Made by a program: the position numbers and the translations under genes. Below, piece after piece: positions 1-10,201 of a stretch of 64,000 nt of DNA. Every line of letters starts with the position of its first letter. Within the stretch, counting starts at the first letter, position 1. The stretch comes from Zygnema circumcarinatum SAG 698-1b (Eukaryota > Plantae > Zygnematophyceae). The DNA lies in NCBI GenBank assembly GCA_037447605.1, contig CM074810.1:248001-312000 (forward strand), written 5' to 3'. The notes beneath the pieces are model-generated. The model worked only from the letters and a program-made list of their open reading frames with translations, did not search any database and was not told the DNA's origin.

Positions 1-3000
1 CTGGATCTGACACATGGCACCACCCTGGCCACCACCGCTAGCGCCCGAAGCGCCACGTCACCCTCGTCCTTTGCCACGTCGTCGGCACTGACAGCTGTCA
101 GCAGCTGAGACACTGCCACGTCAGCAATTGCAGCCTCTCCCACGGCGCCACCTGTCATCTCCTCGGCCTCTCCTTCTCCCTCCCTCTTCTTGGCGTTTTC
201 CTCTCCCCCCTTTCCCCCTATTGTACCCGAATGTTCCATATTGATATTTTCCAATGCCACGGACAAACCCCCTTTTTTAAATCCCCCTTTTTCTGTATTG
301 GCAATTTCTGCCAAGGCTCCAAAAATTTGTTCGATTAACGGGGGCCGGCGGGGGAAGCGGAGAAGGAGATGAACAAAAATTCGGGCTATTTCCAACCGTT
401 GATTTGGGGAGAGATCGACGGCGCCAGGTGGCAGGCTGCCAATGGCCTGAAGTCCCGCCACTGGTCCCAAAAAAAAAGAATCCGAAAACCCGGTAAATTT
501 TTTTGGTTAGGGCCATTTATAAGAAGGCCTAAAACCCGCCAAAACTCTGAACCCTTCATTTTAAGCTCCCGTTCCCCTGAACCCTGTCAAACCCTATCGA
601 TCCTAAACTCTAAACCCTAAACGTAAACCCTATCAACCCTAAACCCTAAACCCTAAACATTTAACCCTGTCAACCCTAAACCCTATCAACCCTGATCCCT
701 ATCGACACTAAACCCTAAAAACTAAACCCTTAACTCTTAACCCTATCAACCCTATCAACCTTAAACCCTAAACCCTATCAGCCCTAAACCCTATCGACCC
801 TAAACCCTTAACCCTTAACCCTATCAGCTCTATCAACCCTATATCCTTAGCCCTATCAACACTATCAACACTATCAACCCTAAACCCTTAACCCTATCAA
901 CCCTAAACCCCTAACCCTATCAACCCTAAACCCTTAACCCTATCAACCCTAAACCCCTAACCCTATCAACCCTAAACCCCTAACCCTATCAACCCTAAAC
1001 CCATCAATATCCCCCTAAACACAAAATTTTCCAACCCCTAAAAAGCAGCCACTCACCTCCAGTTTCAAGCAGCTCCCCTCCCTCTCCCTCTCCCTCTCCC
1101 TCTCCTTCAGAAATCGCTCCACAGAAAGTTTCAAGAAGATCTCCTTCCAGCCTATCCAAGGGCGCCACGTCAGTGCCACTTGCTTTTAACTCGAAATCAG
1201 TACCCCCGTCCTCCTCCCGCAAACTCTCCACCGCCGCCTTAGCGATTTCCGCCGCCACTCTCAGCGCTAATACCCCATTTGTACCCCTTTTTTCTTCCAT
1301 ATTTTTTTTCGTATTTTCCGAGTTCCAAACCCCAATTAAATTCGGCAAAATTTTTCTCGCTACCATTCTGCTCGAATTCACGGACCCTCTCCCCACTGAA
1401 CCCAAAACCCTAACTACCGAAAACCCTAATTTTTTCAGCCTATTCACATTTTCTCCTTTGGGCTTTTCACTTTCCGGAATTTTGGATTTTATTGCGGTGA
1501 AAAAATCTTCGACCAATTCGTCGTCGAGTACGAAATCGACAAATGTGACTTTAGGACGAGCCCCCTCCTTCCCCCCTCCTTCCTGGAAGCTTCCCTTTAC
1601 CCCCTTTAAACCCAGCTTTATTTCCCACTCTTTGGGAGATATGAGATTCGAAATCGATCTCTCACAAGCAGAGAGAGCGAGGCCCGCCTCTCCCAAAATC
1701 TGAGAATTAGGGTTTTCAGAATCCGGAATCGGTACAAGCACATCTTTTAGGGTTTCCCATACAGCGGAAATGTGGGAGGGGAGCATGGATGGCATTTTTT
1801 TCGCAGTTTTTTTAAGGAGAGAAAGGGACTCAAGCTGCAGAAAAGACAAAAGGAAAACCCAAAAAGAGAAAAGGGGGTGATGTTAAAGGGGCTGGCATTG
1901 TTGAGGGAATGAATATGAATTGAGGGATGTGGGGGGGGGGGGAGGGAGAGGGAGGGAGAGGGAGGGAAACGAAGAGTGAGAGGGAGGTAAGGGAGGAGAG
2001 GAAAGAAGGGAAGGAGATAGAAAGGAATAGAGAGGGAGGTGGGGAAGGTTAGGATGAAGGTAAGGGGAAAGATAGGGAGAGGGAGATGGCTTAGAGAGAG
2101 AGAGAGCGAGAGAGAGAGGGAGAGAGAGAGAGAGAGACTCACCTTAGCGGATTCTAAGGAAGACGATAATTTTTCCAACAAAAATGGGATAAGATACGGC
2201 TCAAAATTGGGCGTTGAAAGGAGAGCTTCCTGGAAAGGAAAAGAGAAAAAATGTCAGATTCACCCTCAGATCTCATAAAACTCGAAATGCAGAAAACAAA
2301 AGCAAAGGAAAGAAATTTAAACTAAACTAAAAAACTAAAACTAAAAAGTTCTATGTGATCGATTTCTGAATCCCATCGTAAACCGTAAAAGACGTGACGT
2401 GACGTGACGTGACACGGTTGGCTTCTTTGCTTCTACGGAGATATGATTCAAGATTATATGGAGGTTCCATGTTCGCAGTTCACAGTTACGTTGTACGGTA
2501 CCTCCAACAGAACAGAGAGATCTTCTCGACGGATTCCATGTGGATCATTCGGAGGCTGCCACGTGGCACGAGACAGCAAAACCCCACCATGCAAATGTTT
2601 TTTAAAAATTGGGCGAAAACAAAAAACTGAAGATAACCGAACATGGAACTCGAGATGATGACATGAAATATGGGAAACAAACTCAATAGAGATTTATTTG
2701 ATGGAGGGCAGGGAAGTCCCCCCCTCTTTTCCCCTGTCCCTTCTCTGTGAGAGAGAGGGAGAGGGAGAGGGAGGGAGAGAGAGAGGGAAGAGGCAACAAA
2801 AAGCATGGTGAATGGAGTAGAGAGATAGAGAGAGAGAGGTGCATAGTGGAGAGGGGAGAGAATCCGTGCAGAATGGGGCAGGGAGAGAGGGGGAGAGAGG
2901 GAGAGAGAGACAGAGAGAGAGAGCGAGAGAGAGAGAGAGAGAGAGAGTACGGTGAACTGAAGCTTACAGGAGTAAAGGAAATCGGGAAATACGCTGCAAT

Positions 3001-5196
3001 CACATCAAAGAGCTCTTCTGCGTGGTCCTTTAAAACGCTTTGGTCGGTGGCGAAAACTTTCGGAAGCTGCCCGACCAACCGGAAGGCGGCCTGCAGACAG
3101 CGCGGGTCCTTTTCTCCGTCGACCGCCGCCAGGACTGCCCGAACGAAATCTTCGCCCAAAAAGGCCGCGCTGTGCGCGTACTGCTCGAGGAGGCAGTCGT
3201 ACACCTCAAAACAGAGCTGACCCACCCCAAAAGGAAAATGAAAGGAGGGGAGGGAGGTGTGGGAGGAAGGGAGGAGGGAGGGAGGAGGGAGGGAGGGAGG
3301 GAGGGAGGGAGGGAGGAGGGAGGGAGGGAGGGAGGGAGGGAGGGAGGGAGGGAGGGAGGGAGGGAGGGAGGGAGGGAGGGAGGGAGGGAGTGGAGGGAGG
3401 GAGGGAGGGAGGAGGGAGGGAGGGAGGGAGGGGAGGGAGGGAGGGGAGGAGGGAGGGAGGAGGGAGGGAGGGAGGGAGGGAGGGAGGGAGGGAGGGAGGG
3501 AGGGAGGAGGGAGGGAGGGAGGAGGGAGGGAGGGAGGGAGGGAGGGAGGGAGGGAGGGAGGGAGGGAGGGAGGGGAGGGAGGGAGGGAGGGAGTGGGAGT
3601 GGAGGGAGGGAGTGGGAGTGGGAGGAGGGAGGAGGGAGGGAGGAGGGAGGGAGGGAGGGAGGGAGGAGGGAGGAGGGAGGAGGGAGGAGGGAGGAGGAGT
3701 GGAGGAGGGAGGGGAGGGAGGAGGTGGAGGAGGAGGGAGGCGGAGGAGGGAGGGAGGGAGGGAGGGAGGGAGGAGGAGGGAGGGAGGAGGAGGGAGGGAG
3801 GGGAGGGAGGGAGGGAGGGAGGGAGGGAGGGAGGAGGGAGGGAGGAGGAGGGAGGGAGGGAGGGGAGGGGAGGGAGGGAGGGAGGGAGGGAGGGAGGGAG
3901 GGAGGGAGGGAGGGAGGGAGGGAGGGAGGAAAAGTGGGAGGGAGGAAAAGTGGGAGGGAGGAAAAGTGGGAGGGAGGAAAAGTGGGAGGGAGGAAAAGTG
4001 GGAGGAAGGGGAGGGGAGGAGGGAGGAAGGGGAGGGGAGGAGGGAGGGAGGGGAGGAGGGAGGGAGGGGAGGAGGGAAGGAGGGAGGGGAGGGCGGGAGG
4101 GAACCTTTACTTAATCCCTAAATGAGTTATTTTGAAAAATGAAGCTGTTATTGCTATCCCCTTGTGTGATGATATCATCAGATCAGATATCATCTTATAT
4201 AGGTTTCCAAGTGATGATGCCCCTTTACCTGCCTCTCCTGCTGCTTGAGAGCCTGCACTTGCAGCTCTCCCACTGCTCTCTTTGCAGCAGTCAGCGCGTC
4301 TTCGGGATCCGGACGAGTGACAGGTGGCGGCCTCTGAAGCAATGCGAGGAGGCCCCTAAGGGCACCATGGAGGCTCCTCCAGTCACCCTGCAATCCGGGC
4401 ACTCCCTGGACTAAAACTGAAACTGGAACTGAAACTAGAACTGAAATGAAACTGAACACGCGTTCCATGCAAAAGGCATCGTCAGGGAGCCTCTTGCGTC
4501 GTCCAAATGTGGGGCTACTAATATAATTATTCGATTGAGCAAAGTCGAGTTGAAGGGAGAGCAAGTTTAAAGAGGTGATTCGTAACGAGGTTGAATTTGA
4601 GCGGTCAGTTATAAAAAAAAAGGGGAGGACGCACCAGTCGGGAAGAAAAAAAGTTGGATAAACTTTTTACAACGTGGGGTTCTAAGAAGACGGTTTTGAG
4701 GCCTTCCAGAAGCTCCGCCAGCAGAAGCGTCCCTGAACCCTCAGCCCAAAACCCAGGGGGAGAGTTTTAAGAAAAAATGATTTAAAATTCCGTAAAACAA
4801 CCTTCAATTAAAGGATTGGATAAAACAATCTTACCTTTATAATATTCCTAAGGTAAAAACATCTTAAATTAAATGATTTCAATAAAACAATCGTTATTAT
4901 TAACATTGGTAAGGTGGACCCAGTAAAAAAATCATTTTTTTTTTTGGTTCGAAATCCCTGCAGTGAATTACATTCCCCTCAATTAAAAAAATATTTACAT
5001 TCCTACCCCGCGCGCGCACCGCATCCTCCTCCGCGACTAAGTACCGGCCCAGCCCCCGCACCACCTCCTCCATGGCCGCCTCTCCCGAGCGTAGTCGTGA
5101 CAGTACGGCCTCCCGGGCCCTCTCTCTCTCCATCAGAGGGAGCTCCTCCGCCATGCAAGCCTCTATCTGCTGCTGCTGCTGCCACGTTGCAGCCAT
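1..5196 (-). CDS. MMS19: MMS19/MET18 cytosolic Fe-S assembly (CIA) targeting HEAT-repeat protein, 5' part; continues beyond the left edge
   Basis: Hand-spliced GT-AG exons with consistent phases: 5196-5007, 4732-4635, 4387-4229, 3216-2968, 2555-2502, 2229-2143, 1834-1057, 460-<1 (open to the edge). Diagnostic motifs: YL..EED.VRARGTLLLAELL, DWRSLHGALRGLLALL, DGEKDPRCL, YFPISFTPP, GIRREDLS, PFLLEKLSSSL..AK. Confidence 0.93.
586..1005. repeat. Degenerate telomere-like minisatellite (unit about AACCCTATCAACCCTAAACCCCT) in the MMS19 intron
   Basis: Recurring CCCTAAA/CCCTAT/CCCTTAA units, with a ~23-nt higher-order unit repeated at 880-1000. Confidence 0.9.
3245..4100. repeat. (GGAG)n/(GGA)n purine microsatellite in an MMS19 intron
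   Basis: About 850 nt of nearly pure G/A; source of the spurious G/R/E-rich ORFs at 3040-4125. Confidence 0.95.
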
Positions 5197-5473
5197 GGAA
5201 ATGGTTCAGTTCTCTAGGATTTGAAGCTTACAGAATTAGGGTTAGGGTTTAGGGTTCAAAGTTGAAGGTTTGGAGGTCGCCAGAAGTCAAGCTGTGAGTT
5301 GATCTAGTATTCCTGCTGGGCGGAGGTATGTGAGTGCAGGGGGTAGGGTTCAGGCCGAGGGTCAGGGTTCAGAGGTTCAAGAGTGCTGGCTTCTGAGTGC
5401 TGAACCCTTCAAGTTAGGGCTGCCCATGGCGGCATGTGCAGGCCCAAAGGCTTTGATTTGCTTCAAGAATTGG

Positions 5474-5810
5474 ATTGGTCTCAAGCATGGCGATGGCATG
5501 AAAGGTGCATGTTCAGAAACAACATGTTCAACAACAACAACATGGGGAACCATGAGGAACCAACTAGTCACAAAGGATCTAAGGACGAAAGTAGACAGGT
5601 GTGGGCTAGAATCTGCTTCTAGGCGCAAGTTTGGTTTCATGTGGTCCAAGAAACAATGTGAGCAAAGCCTAAATTTGTTTACAAGACATGGACACATGGT
5701 ACACATTGTACAGTAGTCCTTGGGTCACTAGTGAGCGGTTGGTTCCTCGTGGTTTCCCATCTTGTTGTTGCTGTTTTGTGCATAGACCTTGGCATGCTCA
5801 TGAGACCAAT
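5474..5810. mobile_element. Degenerate fold-back (MITE-like) element remnant
   Basis: Arms ~5474-5578 and ~5717-5810 are diverged inverted copies (attggtctca...aacaacaacatggggaaccatgaggaaccaac vs revcomp attggtctca...aacaacaagatgggaaaccacgaggaaccaac). No clear target-site duplication. Confidence 0.45.
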
Positions 5811-7029
5811 GCCAAATTTATTCTTCATTGTACCGTATGATAAAATTGAGGAACAATGTTAAAATATCGAACCAGGTTTTCGGCCACAAACCAGATCTGA
5901 GCGTCCAGAAAGGAGCAAAAACCTGGTTTTGAGGCCTAGTGTGAACTGGGAGAATTGGTTCGGTTCAGAACCCAATGTGAACAGCAAGAACCAGGTCAAT
6001 TCGAGCCCAATGTGAACACTAAAAAATTATATCGGCTCGTGATTACAAGAAGTATGAACAGCGATTCAGAACGGTTTTTGACAATGTGAACACTCTCAAT
6101 CGGATCCGGATCTCAGAGCTTACTAACGAATTTTGGACGGCCAGAAAGAAAGCGACACGTGTCAGCTGCGCTGTTGGGTCGAGGTTCGAGACAGGCAAAT
6201 GGACGGCTACGTTACGCTCAAAATTCCACGTGGGAACATCCACGGCTCGGATTCGCTTTAGTCGATTCTGCCTACGTGGCGCCAGCGCTTCTCCGTTTGT
6301 CGGGACGTGGCAGAAAGGCGCTCATAGTCAGCAGTTGTTCTTGACTTTCCTCCAAAAAACATTTTTCCACGAAAGAAAAAACGTTTTGGTCAGACCTTCT
6401 TAGTTTTAAAACGTTTTTTCCTGCCCGAGCACTCAAATCGACCAATCAAAACTGGAAATGCTTTTGTCTCATGAGGACGTGTCTGCTAGAGACGGCTTTA
6501 TAGAAACTTTTCAACTGCCCGTCTGAAAGCTTTCGTCCCCCCGGTCTGCATTCAAAAACATTTATTTCTGCCCATATCCTGATCTGAACCGTCGAAAAAC
6601 TATGTACGAACACATCTGAACCGTCAGATTATTGACGGAAACTGTATGAAACTCGATTAAGTAATCCCAGATTCTGCCATTTTTATGGTTTCCTTTCTCC
6701 CTCGATAAAGTAACTTTCCTCTCCCTCCTTACCCCTCCCCTTCCCCCTCCCTCTTATTCCCTCGCCTTTCCTCCTCCTCCATACTCCTTTGAATCCTTAA
6801 TAAACAAAATACCCCATACTCTTCTACAACCCTAAACTCTCACCATGTCTGAATACCTTCTTAAAGTAACGCTCACATCATCCAATCTTTCCTTATTTTA
6901 ATCCAACAAGAGCTGCACTTGCTCAGCTCTTGCTTCCCCTCCCAACCTTCCCTGATGGCTGCAGGAACCACACCTTAACACTCCCCAGCCCCTCCATATT
7001 GCAACACCCATCAGATTTTTCCATATTCC

Positions 7030-8745
7030 ATGGCCTTTGCCCCTCCAGACCTTTCCTGCTCCTTCCCTCTCCCACTCCCCTTTTCCCCCTCTCCCGCCCC
7101 CATAGAGCTCCTCCCTCCTTCCCTCCTCTCCCACATCCTCCTCCTCTCCGCCGCCTCCGCCCCCTCCCCTCCTCCCCCCCTCCTCCGCCCCCTCCTCCGC
7201 CTCTCCCTCGTCTCCCGCTCCTTCCTCGCCGCCGTCCAAAGCGTTCCCTCTCTCCGGCTAGATGACACGGAGCTTTTTGATGCAGATGCTGACGTCATCA
7301 GTGATGTCATCACCAGCAGCAGCAGCAGCAGCAGCAGCACGAGCCCCAGCAGGGGCGATGTCATCATCGACGACAATGCTGACGTGTGCATGGAGTTCGA
7401 CATGGCAGTAGGAGGAGGAGGAAGCGATGAGATTGATGCTGATGTGAATGTAAATAGGAATGGGAATGCGCATGATGATGGGTGTAATGATTTTTTTCGC
7501 AGCGGCATGAGCATGAGCATGGGCATGCAGGCTGTGAGGCTGGAGCGCATATTGAGGCTGATGAGAGACAATCTCATCGACGTTGAGATGGCGATCGGAG
7601 CCTGCAAGAGCCCCGTTGCGATCCCTCTCTTGGCGACATATGCTGGAGAGTCGCTGAAATCGCTCCGTTTACTGCTGCGGAACGACTGCAATTTAAGCTG
7701 CAAACAGTGGCAAGCGATAGCCCAGTTCAGCTCCCTCCCCTCTCTCTCTGTGAGAGCGATGTGGGACGGGAAGCTGCTCGCAGACTATGGAGATATCGAC
7801 GCTTGCTCTCCGCTCTATAGCCTGAAGAGGCTTCATCTTGAGAATGTGAGAGTCGGGGATTGGACTCTCAAAGCGCTTTTGAAGCTCTGTCCCCATCTCA
7901 CTCGGTTTGAGTACCGGCATTCCCTCAGCATTCAGCAGCTGAGGAACCCTAAGATTGAGGGCTTAGGGTTTTTGGAGGAGCTTCTGTTTCTGCACAAGAA
8001 TCCGTACATGTCGACAAGCAGTCGGAGCTCCTTTTGGATGGATTCGGTCACCGTTTCCGCCCCAAATCTACGGAAATTAGTCGTACATAGAGCCGGAGGT
8101 TTGCGGATAGTGGGAGAGATGGGGCGGCTTAAGGAGCTCCACTTGATTTCAAATGGGCCCATGCAGGTGGAAGTAGAGCAGAAATTCTGCGACTTAGAAG
8201 TTTTGAGGCTCTCATATTATTTCATACCTAAGGAAGTGAGATGTGGGTTGCTGTGGGGGAATTTGGGGACCCTCCGGCAGCTCTCTCTTCATCTCTTATT
8301 TAATAGGAGCAGCAGTAGCAGCATTTTTGAAGGGGGCGACGACGGAATAAGCAAAGATAAGCTGCCGATATTGGTGAATTTGAGGGAGTTAGAGCTCCTA
8401 TTTTGGGAGCCTGACACATCTCCTGTTGAGTTCGCGGTGATGATCTCCGGAAAATGCCCTGTTTTAGAAAAAATTACGATAGGATTTAAAGATTTTACGC
8501 AAGCTTCGTTTAGTAGCAAGATGTGGAGGGAAGCCATACATCATTTTTACAAATGCGCTCGAAATTCGACGCTTCTTAGGTATTACTGCTCGAGCTATTT
8601 GGGCCCGGGCGGGGCCTGCCGATGGAATAGGTACGACTTGAGGACGTATTTTGGAGCGTGCTCGTTTTTTGAGGAGATGGGGGAGAGAGAGAGGGAGAGG
8701 GAGAGAGAGGGAGAGAGTGGAATGGAGGAGGAGATGGTCGGATAA
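7030..8745 (+). CDS. F-box/LRR (FBD/RNI-like) protein, single exon, 571 aa
   Basis: Uninterrupted ORF. F-box-like motif IELLPPSLLSHILLL...LLRLSLVSRSFLAAV, followed by leucine-rich repeats (LKSLRL, LKRLHLENV, LCPHLTRFEY, APNLRKLVV, LRELEL, CPVLEKITI). Confidence 0.8.
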   Translation: MAFAPPDLSCSFPLPLPFSPSPAPIELLPPSLLSHILLLSAASAPSPPPPLLRPLLRLSLVSRSFLAAVQSVPSLRLDDTELFDADADVISDVITSSSSSSSSTSPSRGDVIIDDNADVCMEFDMAVGGGGSDEIDADVNVNRNGNAHDDGCNDFFRSGMSMSMGMQAVRLERILRLMRDNLIDVEMAIGACKSPVAIPLLATYAGESLKSLRLLLRNDCNLSCKQWQAIAQFSSLPSLSVRAMWDGKLLADYGDIDACSPLYSLKRLHLENVRVGDWTLKALLKLCPHLTRFEYRHSLSIQQLRNPKIEGLGFLEELLFLHKNPYMSTSSRSSFWMDSVTVSAPNLRKLVVHRAGGLRIVGEMGRLKELHLISNGPMQVEVEQKFCDLEVLRLSYYFIPKEVRCGLLWGNLGTLRQLSLHLLFNRSSSSSIFEGGDDGISKDKLPILVNLRELELLFWEPDTSPVEFAVMISGKCPVLEKITIGFKDFTQASFSSKMWREAIHHFYKCARNSTLLRYYCSSYLGPGGACRWNRYDLRTYFGACSFFEEMGEREREREREGESGMEEEMVG

Positions 8746-9679
8746 GATGTTTGGAGGGAGGGATTGGTTGTGAAGAGGATGGAGAAGAGGAAGGGACAAG
8801 GAGGGGAGGAGGAGCGCGAGAGAGAGAGAGAGAGGGAGAGAATGGAAGGGGCAGGGAGGGAGGCAGCGGGAGGTGTGGAGAGGAGAGGGAGAGGAGGGAA
8901 GGGAAGGGGAGAGTAGGAGAGACATATCCAGAGAGTGAGAGAGAGCGCATGCAAAGTGGTTTAGTAGCCAGAGTGTAATACATAGTAGAGCGTGGGATTG
9001 TGGTTTGGCTTTGGTAGTATTGCTTAGAAGAGCTGTTGATTTTTAAGCAGGGAAATAATCGCATTTTTTCTGAAAAAAAATATTTACGCGCTTTGTTACC
9101 GACAGCCTGCTGCTGTTAGTCACGAGGTCAGACGGATATCGCCATATATAAAGAGGATTCTTTCTTTGCTTTTTTCCCCTTTGTTTTGAACTCGATTTAG
9201 AGCAGGCCAAGATTCGCGAGCCTATTGGATTTGTTTGCTGTACAGTTATGCTTTCCGCTTGTAACCATTTTTTTTTTCTCAAAAAAACTTCGTTTTCACT
9301 TACTTTTGACTAATGTTGATTGATTTTGACTGGTCCCAATCTGATGTGTTTGATTGATTTGGAGATATGATCCGAAAAAGGGGAGGGGGGAGGGGTCATT
9401 GGTCAGTCAGCCACTCATTAGTCAGCCATTAGCCACGTCTTCAATCGATGTTTTCCACGAGCCTTGCGCTAACAAAGAACGGTCGAAAAAAAAAAGACAT
9501 GGCAAATAAAACAGCAAAAGACGAAAGGAAATTTCTCCATTGGCTTCAAAACTTCATGCCTTCAAAACTTTACACTGAAACGAGACATCAGAATCGTAAA
9601 AAAGTTGTCATTGAAAATGAACATGAATGACCCTTTCGAGAAAAATCGCAAAACTCTTCACCCTCAATCCTAAATCGCT

Positions 9680-10021
9680 ATGCTCTAAACCCTAACCCTC
9701 AAACTCTATAACCCTAACCCTAAAAACCCTCATTCCATACCATTCTAACCATAAATATTCAAACTCTACAACCCGAATCCTCAACCCTAAAATTCTGAAG
9801 CCTTACAATCCTAACCCTTAACTCAAAAACCCTAAAAACCTACAATCCTAACCCTAACCTAACCATAAAACCTAGAAAACTTCAACCCTAAACCCTACAA
9901 CCCTACAAGCCTCTCTGGGCCTGTAAGCGCCACTGCCTTTGAACAGCAGCCTGCAGATGACTCGCCCCTCCTGAAAAAAGGCGATAGAGGGAAAAAAGAA
10001 AAGAAAGTGAGAGGAGGCCCA
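9680..10021 (+). promoter_or_regulatory. Telo-box array plus site II (TGGGCC/GGCCCA) motifs upstream of the BMT5-like gene
   Basis: Multiple AAACCCTA-like units at 9680-9905; TGGGCC at 9916 and GGCCCA at 10016. Telo-box plus site II is the known plant promoter signature of ribosome-biogenesis genes; function here is inferred. Confidence 0.45.
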
Positions 10022-10082
10022 AATTGAGTTTTTCCCACCTCTCTTATCTTTTAAAATCTCTCTCTCGCTTTCCCTTTCTCTG

Positions 10083-10114
<32 letters not shown>

Positions 10115-10201
10115 TACTTTCTCCCTCCCGCAGGCCGCTTTCTGGGCGGCGATGTGAGAGCACTGCGGAAAGGAGGGGGCGGCAGTTCTTGAACGGGCGG
10201 A

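Noticed and set aside
1173-1703. 176-aa plus-strand ORF, and similar antisense ORFs at 7011-7703, 20026-20322 and 62333-62992
   Set aside because: Shadows of real exons on the opposite strand, with no recognisable motifs.
2391-2410. (GACGT)4, and the reverse run at ~23160-23180, as TGACG/as-1 elements
   Set aside because: Simple pentamer microsatellites in an intron and a convergent 3' region, not in promoter positions.
3040-4125. Long G/R/E-rich ORFs (361, 285, 243 aa)
   Set aside because: Translations of a (GGAG)n microsatellite lying within an MMS19 intron on the opposite strand.
5330-5716. 128-aa and 109-aa ORFs in the MMS19/F-box spacer
   Set aside because: They overlap the degenerate inverted-repeat element; no domain signature and no splice context.
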